NCBI GenBank assembly: GCA_937922735.1 | Contig: CALAJL010000023.1 | Location: forward strand, 1 to 63,609 | DNA from: an uncultured Gammaproteobacteria bacterium | GTDB lineage: Bacteria; Pseudomonadota; Gammaproteobacteria; UBA4575 | Reading direction: 5' to 3' | DNA: 63,609 nucleotides | In this document: in pieces, positions 1-8,536 of the stretch | How the letters are laid out: each line of letters opens with the position of its first letter | Position numbering within the stretch: the stretch's first letter is position 1 | Program-made: the position numbers and the translations under genes | The notes under the pieces: generated by a model | The model's database searches: none | What the model was told of the DNA's origin: nothing | Seen by the model: only the letters and a program-made list of their open reading frames with translations

Positions 1-554
1 GCCATGGGTAAAATTGCCTGATCATTTACACCCTTCTTTACCACCATATTTACTTTAACAGGTGACAAGCCAACGGAATCTGCGGTTTCAATTGCTTCTA
101 ACACTTTATCTACGTCAAATGAGACATCGCTTATTAATTTAAACGTTTCGTTATCTAAAGCATCTAAACTTACGGTGATACGATGCAAACCTGCATCTTT
201 AAGATTTTGTGCCATCGTTTGAGTGAGCAGCACACCATTTGTTGTCAAACTAATGTCTTCAATACCCTCAATTTTAGAAAGCTGTTCAATCAATACAGGT
301 ATATTTTTACGCAGCAACGGCTCACCACCGGTTAAACGTATTTTTTTAACACCAAGAGTTGCAAAGACTTTTGATACTCGCGTAATTTCTTCAAAACTAA
401 GCAAGTCATCTCGACGGAGAAACTGGTAATCAGAATTAAACACTTCTTTGGGCATGCAATAGGTGCAACGGAAATTACATCGATCGGTAACCGATATTCT
501 TAGATCACGAATGGGACGTGATAAAGTATCTATAATGTGTGTCTTTGTATCCAT
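1..554 (-). CDS. moaA: GTP 3',8-cyclase MoaA (radical SAM); 5' portion only, ORF runs off the window start
   Basis: Reverse-strand translation from the ATG at 554-552 reads [38 protein letters not shown]...[18 protein letters not shown]. It has the radical-SAM CxxxCxxC motif in a MoaA-type context. It is absent from the ORF track because it is open-ended. Confidence 0.9.
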   Translation of the reverse strand, partial: MDTKTHIIDTLSRPIRDLRISVTDRCNFRCTYCMPKEVFNSDYQFLRRDDLLSFEEITRVSKVFATLGVKKIRLTGGEPLLRKNIPVLIEQLSKIEGIEDISLTTNGVLLTQTMAQNLKDAGLHRITVSLDALDNETFKLISDVSFDVDKVLEAIETADSVGLSPVKVNMVVKKGVNDQAILPM

Positions 555-640
555 GACTCAGCACTTGAAAAGGGTTATCTATTTTAGCGAATATGGATTT
601 TTTAAGTAATATCAAAGTATTAGACTGAAGAGATAGGAAC

Positions 641-2146
641 GTGGCTCAATTCAAGGGTATTTGGCTAATTTTAGGCCCTGCTATGGCATTATTAGTATAT
701 TGGCTACTGCCAGATCACTATTTCACCAGTAATGGCGAAAATATTCTATTAACGCATCCCGCAAAAGCTACTCTGGCGCTATTAGTATGGATGGCCATAT
801 GGTGGTTGGCAGAAGCCACCGATATTACGATCACAGCACTCTTACCTATTGCTCTTTTCCCGTTGTTTGATGTTGCCACAATAAAAGACGCGACCGCACC
901 TTATGCCTCTCATATTATATTTTTGTTTTTGGGTGGCTTTATAATTGCCATTGCTATTCAACGCTGGCATCTAGACAAACGCATTGCGTTAGGAATATTA
1001 ACGCGCATTGGTGATTCGCCCTCGCGTATTGTGGGTGGATTTATGTTAGCCACTGCTTTCTTAAGTGCATTTATTTCCAACACCGCAACCACCGCTATGA
1101 TGCTACCGATTGGATTAAGTGTTATCGCATTACTCACAGGCAAAAGCGCTACTCATAATGCTTTTGCTACTTGCATTATGTTGAGCATCGCCTATGCAGC
1201 AAACATAGGTGGGATTGCTACTGTTATTGGCACTGCACCTAACTTGTTTGTTGCTTCTTTCATAAAGGATGCTATTGATACACCATTTCAGCAAGATATT
1301 AGTTTTTTACAATGGGCGAAGATTGGTACACCCACCGCACTAATTTTATTACCCATTGCATGGTGGTTATTAACCAAGTTAATTTACAAGGTAGACAAAG
1401 TCACTTTACATCATTCCTCTGCATCGTTAAGCAAACAGAAAGATGCTTTAGGGGATATGAGTTATGAAGAGAAATCAGTTTGCCTAATCTTTGCACTTAC
1501 GATTACACTTTGGCTAAGTCGAGCGCTTCTTCAAGAAATTAGCATAGAAGTCAATGAGATCATTTATACACCACTATCCGGCCTTACAGACTCCAGTATT
1601 GCTATTTTCTCGGCCATTTTATTATTCCTTATTCCAACAAAATCACATGGCAATAACTTCATTTTAGAATGGAAAGACTTAAGAGACTTACCATGGGCAA
1701 TATTAATCTTGCTAGGTGGTGGATTAAGTCTCGCTGCTGCAGTGCAAGCGAATGGAGTAACAGAGTTTATTGGTACGTACGCAACAGCATTAGCATTTTT
1801 ACCACCATTACTAATATTATTAGCAATCATCACTGCAGTGGTTTTTTTAACAGAATTAACTTCTAACACTGCCACCACTGCAACATTAGTTCCAGTGCTT
1901 GCAGCGATAGCCCCTTCACTAAATATCCATCCTTATCTACTAGTGATTCCAGCTGCAATTGCAGCCAGCTGTGCATTCATGTTGCCCATTGCTACCCCAC
2001 CAAATGCGATTGTTTTTGGCTCGGGCCATATTACTATGAACGAAATGAGAAAGTCTGGATTTAGGTTAAACTTACTATGCTTATTAATCATCACCACACT
2101 TGCTTACCTATGCAGCACTTATATGATAGACCTAATCAATAGCTAG
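641..2146 (+). CDS. SLC13/DASS family divalent-anion:Na+ symporter (sulfate/di-tricarboxylate type)
   Basis: 501-aa polytopic membrane protein with a GTG start. It carries the duplicated SNT hairpin motifs FISNTATTAMMLPIG and LTSNTATTATLVPV typical of the family. Confidence 0.85.
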   Translation: MAQFKGIWLILGPAMALLVYWLLPDHYFTSNGENILLTHPAKATLALLVWMAIWWLAEATDITITALLPIALFPLFDVATIKDATAPYASHIIFLFLGGFIIAIAIQRWHLDKRIALGILTRIGDSPSRIVGGFMLATAFLSAFISNTATTAMMLPIGLSVIALLTGKSATHNAFATCIMLSIAYAANIGGIATVIGTAPNLFVASFIKDAIDTPFQQDISFLQWAKIGTPTALILLPIAWWLLTKLIYKVDKVTLHHSSASLSKQKDALGDMSYEEKSVCLIFALTITLWLSRALLQEISIEVNEIIYTPLSGLTDSSIAIFSAILLFLIPTKSHGNNFILEWKDLRDLPWAILILLGGGLSLAAAVQANGVTEFIGTYATALAFLPPLLILLAIITAVVFLTELTSNTATTATLVPVLAAIAPSLNIHPYLLVIPAAIAASCAFMLPIATPPNAIVFGSGHITMNEMRKSGFRLNLLCLLIITTLAYLCSTYMIDLINS

Positions 2147-2148
2147 TT

Positions 2149-3012
2149 TTACTTCACACCATATTTTTCAGATTGTTTATATTTTTCTTCCACACCAATT
2201 AATGTATTAAACTCTTCAAAATTTAATAAATTCTGTTCCATTCCTAACGTTGTGCCCTCTTTATTTAATTTTGTATAAAAATCTTGCATAGCTTTACCCG
2301 CAGCATATAAGCCAGTTAATGGGTACAGTATTAGTTGAAAACCCATCTCTGCTAATTCATCTTTTTGTAACACCGGAGTTTTACCACCTTCAATCATATT
2401 CGCAACATTAGGATGTGGTGACTCTTTGCCAATTCTCTTTAATTGCTCCAAAGATCCAGGAGCCTCCACAAAACTGGCATTCGCGCCTAGCGCTCTAGCA
2501 GCTTTAACCCGCGCAATGGCTTCATCTAATCCTAATACTGCTTCAGCATCTGTTCTTGCTACGATAAAAAAATCTGAATCCCCTCTTGCATCTACCGCGG
2601 CTTCTATCTTGTATAGATAATCTTCTCTATCAATCACTTTTTTGTTGCGCATATGGCCACATTTTTTAGGCCAAACTTGATCTTCTAAAAAACAGCCTTT
2701 AGCACCTGCATCAATTAACTGTGTAACGGTGCGATGTACATTTAATGGGTTACCATAACCTGTATCTGCATCAACAATGATCGGCATCGAAACACTATTG
2801 CAAATAGCACGAGCCCGATCCACAACCTCGGTTTGTGTAAGCAAACCAAAATCTGGCTCGCCAATTGTGGCAGCGGCTAAGGAATACCCTGATATGAAGC
2901 CCATCGGAAACCCTACTTGCTCAGCAATCTTTGCAGACAAGGTGTCATATACGCCAGGAAAGGCCAATGATCCGACTTGATTTAAGATGTTTTGAATACT
3001 ATTGTTTGCCAT
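2149..3012 (-). CDS. Isocitrate lyase/PEP mutase superfamily enzyme (2-methylisocitrate lyase or oxaloacetate decarboxylase-like)
   Basis: 287 aa with motifs PIIVDADTGYGNP and EDQVWPKKCGHM, which are characteristic of the ICL/PEPM fold. The exact substrate cannot be assigned. Confidence 0.85.
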   Translation of the reverse strand: MANNSIQNILNQVGSLAFPGVYDTLSAKIAEQVGFPMGFISGYSLAAATIGEPDFGLLTQTEVVDRARAICNSVSMPIIVDADTGYGNPLNVHRTVTQLIDAGAKGCFLEDQVWPKKCGHMRNKKVIDREDYLYKIEAAVDARGDSDFFIVARTDAEAVLGLDEAIARVKAARALGANASFVEAPGSLEQLKRIGKESPHPNVANMIEGGKTPVLQKDELAEMGFQLILYPLTGLYAAGKAMQDFYTKLNKEGTTLGMEQNLLNFEEFNTLIGVEEKYKQSEKYGVK

Positions 3013-3136
3013 AACAAGGCTCCGTTATTGTTATATATAAATAGGCGGAACTATATTAAACGCCATCGTTCTAATATATTACAAATATATATTCCTGACT
3101 TACACCCAAATAACAGATTATACCGACACTTCAATT

Positions 3137-3628
3137 ATGAAACGTATACTTTACATAGCATCTATTAGCTTTCTATTATTCTCCAGCAGTTTTACTTCTG
3201 CTTCAGACTGGACGGAAGTTCGCACACTTGAAGGCAAATTTACCACTCTATCGCAACATTTTGAGAAAGATAAATGGACGCTAGTCATGCTGTGGACAAC
3301 CGATTGCAGTATCTGTCAACGCGAATATCCAATAATGTCTGAATTTCATGATAAACATAAAGACACCACTGCAAAAGTTATTGGTGTGTCTTTAGACGGT
3401 TATTCTAATCTTGAATCCATTACTGAACACATTAATGATATGCCAATGACATTCGATAATTTAATTGGTGAAATAGCAGTAGTCGCTTTTAATTATCAAT
3501 CTGCAACAGAAGAATCATTACGTGGAACGCCCACCTTTTTGATGTTTAATCCTGAAGGACAGTTAGTCGGCCATAACCCTGGACCGGTCAAACCTGAAGC
3601 GTTAGAAAAATTCATATCTAGAAAGTAA
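3137..3628 (+). CDS. TlpA/ResA-like periplasmic thiol:disulfide oxidoreductase (thioredoxin fold)
   Basis: Signal peptide MKRILYIASISFLLFSSSFTSA and a CxxC motif in a WTTDCSICQ context. Length is appropriate for a thioredoxin fold. Confidence 0.75.
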   Translation: MKRILYIASISFLLFSSSFTSASDWTEVRTLEGKFTTLSQHFEKDKWTLVMLWTTDCSICQREYPIMSEFHDKHKDTTAKVIGVSLDGYSNLESITEHINDMPMTFDNLIGEIAVVAFNYQSATEESLRGTPTFLMFNPEGQLVGHNPGPVKPEALEKFISRK

Positions 3629-3649
3629 TTATTCAAAACCATCCATATA

Positions 3650-4015
3650 TTAGTTCTTATCTAGCGCATACTTAGCTAATACTTCAAGTTCAACATATTC
3701 AAGAACCGAGCTATGCGTAGCTTGCAGATAAATATTAGGTGCTTTATTTACTTCCAATGCCTCAATCCAACGTGTCACGCACAAGCACCATTTATCTCCA
3801 GGCTTTAAACCTGGAAAGTCTGCGTCAGGAAAGGGTGTGCTCAAGTCATTACCTTTTGATTTTGAATATTCTAAAAATTCTTTAGTGACATTTGCGCAAA
3901 CTGTATGCATACCTATGTCGTTCTCATCTGTATCACAACGCCCATTGCGATAGTACCCCGTTAATAGCTCATCACAACAACTTCTTAAATCTCCACCTAA
4001 AACATTTTTTTGCAT
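3650..4015 (-). CDS. DUF2237 family protein
   Basis: GGDLRSCC...TGYYRNGRCDT..DIGMHTVCA..GNDLSTP..FPGLKPGDKWCLCVTRW matches my memory of the DUF2237 consensus. Confidence 0.8.
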   Translation of the reverse strand: MQKNVLGGDLRSCCDELLTGYYRNGRCDTDENDIGMHTVCANVTKEFLEYSKSKGNDLSTPFPDADFPGLKPGDKWCLCVTRWIEALEVNKAPNIYLQATHSSVLEYVELEVLAKYALDKN

Positions 4016-4042
4016 ATTCTATTCCAAATCTACTTAACTAAA

Positions 4043-4945
4043 TTAAAATCGAGCAAAAAATAAATATTTACGTTGCGCAATTGCGATTCCACATAAAATC
4101 ATTATTAATGCCACAATAGCATTAAGCCCAATCGATTCATTTAAAAATAAAATACCAATCATGACTGCCCAGACGGGTATTAAATAATTTATTTGTGATA
4201 AAAATGATGGTCCTACTCTTGCAATGATTGCAAAATAAATAATTGTAGCCAATGCAGTTGGAAATACTCCTAACATAACAAGTGACAAGAATTCGACACT
4301 TTGTAACGAAAACTTCCAGCTTTGATCAGTCAAAAATATCGCTGGCAACATTATGATACTTGCAAATACCATCACTACAGCTGATATCGCAACAAAACTT
4401 TCATTAGGTAAACGTTTCGCAATAATCGTGTTGATGGCATAGCTCACTGCACCTGCTAAAATAGCAAGCATTGCAATTAAGCGAGCTCCATCAGTTTCAA
4501 AATTTGCTAGTGCTGAACGACCAAAAAGCACCAAAATACCCGCGAAGCCTAACATAAACCCAAGAACCCGATTAGTCGTTAATTGCTCACCCGAAACAAA
4601 GAAATGCGCTAACACAATAGTGGTTAAGGGCATAATCGCCATTAAAATACCAGCGATACTACTATCGACTGTTTGTTGCCCCCAGCTGATTAAGTAAAAA
4701 GGTAAGCTACAGCCAAAAAAACCTAAAGTAGCAAGCAATAACCAATGATCTTTAAGAAATAAAAATGAATCTTTTCTAAATAGTGCTAACAAAACGAGCA
4801 CAACTGCAGCGATTATAATGCGTCCACCTGCCACTACGCTAGGTGGATATTCTTGTACCGATATTTTAGTAAGCATAAAAGCGCTTCCAAACAAAATAAC
4901 AAGAGCAATCATACCCAGCCAATCTGCTGGTTTTGCGTTATACAT
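4043..4945 (-). CDS. EamA/DMT family transporter
   Basis: 300 aa with about 10 hydrophobic helices arranged as two EamA-like halves. Confidence 0.8.
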   Translation of the reverse strand: MYNAKPADWLGMIALVILFGSAFMLTKISVQEYPPSVVAGGRIIIAAVVLVLLALFRKDSFLFLKDHWLLLATLGFFGCSLPFYLISWGQQTVDSSIAGILMAIMPLTTIVLAHFFVSGEQLTTNRVLGFMLGFAGILVLFGRSALANFETDGARLIAMLAILAGAVSYAINTIIAKRLPNESFVAISAVVMVFASIIMLPAIFLTDQSWKFSLQSVEFLSLVMLGVFPTALATIIYFAIIARVGPSFLSQINYLIPVWAVMIGILFLNESIGLNAIVALIMILCGIAIAQRKYLFFARF

Positions 4946-4961
4946 TAATATTTAAACTTTC

Positions 4962-6404
4962 TTAGTATCGGACTAACACATCGTAACTTAGTTTTGTCTT
5001 ACCTTCAGCTGGAACGTTTACTTTCCACTCGGCGGTTCCAGCAGCCACTTTCTCATGTTTATGGGTTTCATTTTGCATTTTCCAATCGCCAGGAATCGGC
5101 TCCTGAACTATGACTTCAACCTCTTCATCTTTTGCATTTTTCAATACAATTTCAAAACTTGCAGTATAGGCTTGCTTATATTTACCTATAGCAGTGGCTT
5201 TTTTAAAATTTGTTTGTTTTTTATCCGCTGTTACATCAAATGCATCACCTAATTTTAGTTTTATTTCTTCATTCTTAGGCGTGTGGTCTATACGGTCTTC
5301 GCCAATAAACTGAGCATTCCCTGATTTATCATTTTTATACACTCGCACCACACCTTTTGGTAATGGCATTCCAAGGTTTGATGCTTCTTTATTTTCAAAT
5401 TCAACGAAGACACCTACTTTAAGTTTTTGACCTATCGTTCCATATGAACCACGATAATAATAATTTTGCCCTTTCAGCAAAAATTCTTTGGTAACCGGTA
5501 TCTTAGTTGCACTTAATAGTGACACTTGTTTAGTTTGATTATTAGAAATGGTAGTAGGACGTTGCAAGGTATAAAGATGGTATTCAAACAGACCTTCTTC
5601 AACCATAACGGGCGCTGCAGCACCAACACTTGATTTGGACATTAACATGTCTCTTCTATGCGGTTGCATCTCTTGACGCACTTGGTTTACATCGCCCGCT
5701 ACTAATTGAAGTTTTGCATTGTTATATGTAACACCACTTTGATTTGTCAGTGTTACCCAACCGGTTAAATCTACAAATTTATCTGACTCATCTAGCTCTG
5801 CGACATAATCTGCCTTCCAACCCAACCCTCCTGTCAAATAACTAAGTTGTAGTTCCTGTTGTTTATTTGTGCCACTCTCTAGTGAGAGAATCAAAGTTGG
5901 GCGATCACGTAAATTTGCTGGCACTTCATCATAAATAATACGCCCTGGGTATCCAGTTTCGATGCGTTTACCTATCCTTAAAACCACACCGTTGTTCACA
6001 CTAAGTACTTCAGCTTCTTCAGTCCTTTCTTCACCCGTTGTTGGATGCACTCTAACAACCCTAACTTTTTTACCAACATATTTTTCCAAAAGTTTCTGAG
6101 GAGTTAATAAATCGAAATCAAAATTTTGCTCAATTAAACTAAATCCTTTTGGGTGACTGATACTTCTCAATAATGCTGTCTCTGGTCGCATTTTTGCACT
6201 TACTTCTCGGAAAGCAAGTTGGTTTAAGCCCTTATCAAGACTCACATATCTAAGATCTTTTACTAAAGCCAGTTGATCATTGTAAATCGTCACGGCTACT
6301 TCTTGTTGATCATCAAGCGTGCTACGTATCTCATCTTCTGCTAAAGCAACATTCGCAAAGCAGAAAGTCATTAATACTGAAATTAAAAATGATATTTTTT
6401 TCAT
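4962..6404 (-). CDS. DUF4139 (MuiA-like) secreted protein, paralog 1
   Basis: Signal peptide ending ALA-ED. The VTIYNDQLALVKDLR N-terminal block and overall length fit the DUF4140/DUF4139 family. About 80% identical by eye to the neighbouring ORF. Confidence 0.75.
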   Translation of the reverse strand: MKKISFLISVLMTFCFANVALAEDEIRSTLDDQQEVAVTIYNDQLALVKDLRYVSLDKGLNQLAFREVSAKMRPETALLRSISHPKGFSLIEQNFDFDLLTPQKLLEKYVGKKVRVVRVHPTTGEERTEEAEVLSVNNGVVLRIGKRIETGYPGRIIYDEVPANLRDRPTLILSLESGTNKQQELQLSYLTGGLGWKADYVAELDESDKFVDLTGWVTLTNQSGVTYNNAKLQLVAGDVNQVRQEMQPHRRDMLMSKSSVGAAAPVMVEEGLFEYHLYTLQRPTTISNNQTKQVSLLSATKIPVTKEFLLKGQNYYYRGSYGTIGQKLKVGVFVEFENKEASNLGMPLPKGVVRVYKNDKSGNAQFIGEDRIDHTPKNEEIKLKLGDAFDVTADKKQTNFKKATAIGKYKQAYTASFEIVLKNAKDEEVEVIVQEPIPGDWKMQNETHKHEKVAAGTAEWKVNVPAEGKTKLSYDVLVRY

Positions 6405-6422
6405 GTTATATCCTTTACTTAC

Positions 6423-7895
6423 TTAGTATCGAATCAATACTTCGTAAGTTAATGTTGTTTGCCCTTCTGCAGGAACCTTTACCTTCCATTCTGCTGTACC
6501 AGAAGCCACTTTCTCATGCTGATGACTTTCTTGTTTCATCTTCCAATCACCAGGTATCGGCTCTTGAACGACAACTTCCACTTCCTCATTTTTAGCATTT
6601 TTAAGGTCGATTTGAAAACTCGCTTTATATGCATAATTATATTTACCGATGGCATGTGCTTTTTTAAAGTTTACTTGTTTCTTGTCTGCAGTGACATCAA
6701 ATGCGTCACCTAGTTTTAAACGTATTTCTTCATTTTTAGGGGTATGATCAATGTTGTCTTCACCAACAAATTGCGCATTTCCAGATTGATCATTTTTATA
6801 GACACGAACAATACCTTTCGGTAATGGCATACCAAGGTTTGATTTTTTACTATTATTAAACTCAACAAACACACCTACTTTTAGCTTTTGACCAATCGAT
6901 CCATAAGAACTCTGGTAATAGTAATTTTGCCCTTTGAGCAAAAATTCTTTCTTAACTGGAATCTTTGTAGCACTTAGAAGAGAAACTTGTTTGGTTTGAT
7001 TTTCTGCAATTGTCGTGGCACGTTGCAAAGTGTAGAGATGATATTCAAATAGTGCTTCTTCAACCATTTCCGCTTCTGAAGCCATTGAATCTTCAGCCAA
7101 CATTTCAAATTTTCTTTTTACTTCTTTATATTCATTCTTAACGCGATTGACATCACCTGCTACCAGCTGGAGCTTTGCATTCCTATAGGTCGCTCCACTC
7201 TGATTAGTTAAGGTGACCCATCCTGTTAAATCGACAAATTGATCTGATTCGTCCAGTTCAGCAACATAATCTGCATTCCATGATAACCCACCGGTTAAAT
7301 AACTGAGCTGCAATTGTTGAGATTTTGATGTTGCACTATTCAGCTGCATAACCAAAGTAGGACGATCGCGAAGATTGCCAGGCACTTCATCAAATACGAT
7401 TCTACCAGGAACACCAGTCTCGATACGATCTCCAATTCGTAGCACTACTCCATTATTTACACTCAGAACCACCGCTTCTAATAGACTTTCTTTACCTGTT
7501 ACTGGATGAGTTTTCACCACTCTGACTTTTTTACCTACATATTTTTCTAATAATTTTTGTGGAGTGAGTAGATCAAAGTCAAAGTTTTGCTCGATTAAAC
7601 GAAACCCATCAGGATAGTTCAAACTTCGCAACAATGCTGTTTCAGGTCGCATTTGTGCACTGACCTCTCGAAAAGCAAGATTATTAAAGCCTTTATCCAA
7701 GCGAATTGTACGAAGATCTTTTACTAGTGCTAATTGATCGTTATAGATGGTTACCGCAACCTCAGACTGGTCTTGTATAGTACTCTTAATTTCATCATCT
7801 AGAGACGTGGCACTTACCTGGCCGATATACAAGCATATCAGCATGCTCATAGTAGCGATGGATGTTGATTTGAATCGTTTATTGAATATTTTCAC
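6423..7895 (-). CDS. DUF4139 (MuiA-like) secreted protein, paralog 2
   Basis: 490 aa with a signal peptide, collinear with ORF 4962-6404 along its whole length. Confidence 0.75.
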   Translation of the reverse strand: MKIFNKRFKSTSIATMSMLICLYIGQVSATSLDDEIKSTIQDQSEVAVTIYNDQLALVKDLRTIRLDKGFNNLAFREVSAQMRPETALLRSLNYPDGFRLIEQNFDFDLLTPQKLLEKYVGKKVRVVKTHPVTGKESLLEAVVLSVNNGVVLRIGDRIETGVPGRIVFDEVPGNLRDRPTLVMQLNSATSKSQQLQLSYLTGGLSWNADYVAELDESDQFVDLTGWVTLTNQSGATYRNAKLQLVAGDVNRVKNEYKEVKRKFEMLAEDSMASEAEMVEEALFEYHLYTLQRATTIAENQTKQVSLLSATKIPVKKEFLLKGQNYYYQSSYGSIGQKLKVGVFVEFNNSKKSNLGMPLPKGIVRVYKNDQSGNAQFVGEDNIDHTPKNEEIRLKLGDAFDVTADKKQVNFKKAHAIGKYNYAYKASFQIDLKNAKNEEVEVVVQEPIPGDWKMKQESHQHEKVASGTAEWKVKVPAEGQTTLTYEVLIRY

Positions 7896-8038
7896 GTGTA
7901 ATCCTTTATTTTTCTGCTAGATTTATATACTTAAACGATCAAAAAGCACTTTTGGGTTAAACTAAACATCATATTTATATACATTCTCTACCCTAACGTT
8001 TAATTCATCCTATTATGATTAGTCCTTAATTTATTTAT

Positions 8039-8533
8039 ATGAACCAAATTTTAATCATAGTCGGCATAGTAGGCATTTTATTGTTCTTACGATGGATGCG
8101 AAAGCAACCGAAAAACAAACAAATACAAGGCATTTTAATTCTGGCAGCTGTGGTATTAGTCGTTCTGGCACTGACCGGAAGACTACACCCCTTATTTGCA
8201 CTAATAGGCGCTGCCGTTGCCTCAATTCAGAAATTTTCCGGCTTACTTCGCTTTTTACCATTATTCAAAAACTTATTTTCAAACAAGCCTGCACATGGTT
8301 CTGAGAGCAATTACGACGCTAATGCTGGCGCTAATTCAACAAACCTCAATGAAAAAATGACTAAAGAAGAAGCACAAAAGATTTTAGGTGTTAAGGAAAA
8401 TGCTACAGCAGATGAAATCACAGAAGCACATCGTAAATTAATTCAAAAAATGCACCCTGATCGTGGAGGCAATGATTATTTAGCTGCAAAAATTAATCAA
8501 GCAAAAGATTATTTATTAGAAAGAGTTTCTTAG
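8039..8533 (+). CDS. Membrane-anchored J-domain (DnaJ-like, type III) protein
   Basis: N-terminal hydrophobic helices ([40 protein letters not shown]). The C-terminal J domain [35 protein letters not shown] has an intact HPD motif. Confidence 0.85.
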   Translation: MNQILIIVGIVGILLFLRWMRKQPKNKQIQGILILAAVVLVVLALTGRLHPLFALIGAAVASIQKFSGLLRFLPLFKNLFSNKPAHGSESNYDANAGANSTNLNEKMTKEEAQKILGVKENATADEITEAHRKLIQKMHPDRGGNDYLAAKINQAKDYLLERVS

Positions 8534-8536
8534 CTT

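Larger units (their letters stand above)
4962..7895 (-). repeat. Tandem gene duplication (two ~1.45-kb units, head to tail, 18-bp spacer)
   Basis: The two ORFs share long identical peptide blocks, for example FREVSA.MRPETALLRS, IEQNFDFDLLTPQKLLEKYVGKKVRVV, VDLTGWVTLTNQSG and NLGMPLPKG.VRVYKND.SGNAQF. Even the antisense shadow ORFs are duplicated (5055-5252 and 6459-6713). Confidence 0.9.

Noticed and set aside
223-429. 68-aa plus-strand ORF at the window start.
   Set aside because: It is antisense to the clearly recognisable moaA reading frame (radical-SAM CxxxCxxC), so it is spurious.
555-640. Possible Moco riboswitch upstream of moaA.
   Set aside because: Only about 86 bp separate moaA from the divergent transporter gene. 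The sequence is AT-rich and lacks the conserved GC-rich Moco-motif helices, so it is too short and dissimilar.
5055-6713. Two similar antisense ORFs (5055-5252 and 6459-6713) that might look like a conserved overlapping gene.
   Set aside because: Their similarity follows from the tandem duplication of the DUF4139 genes on the other strand. It is not independent evidence of coding.
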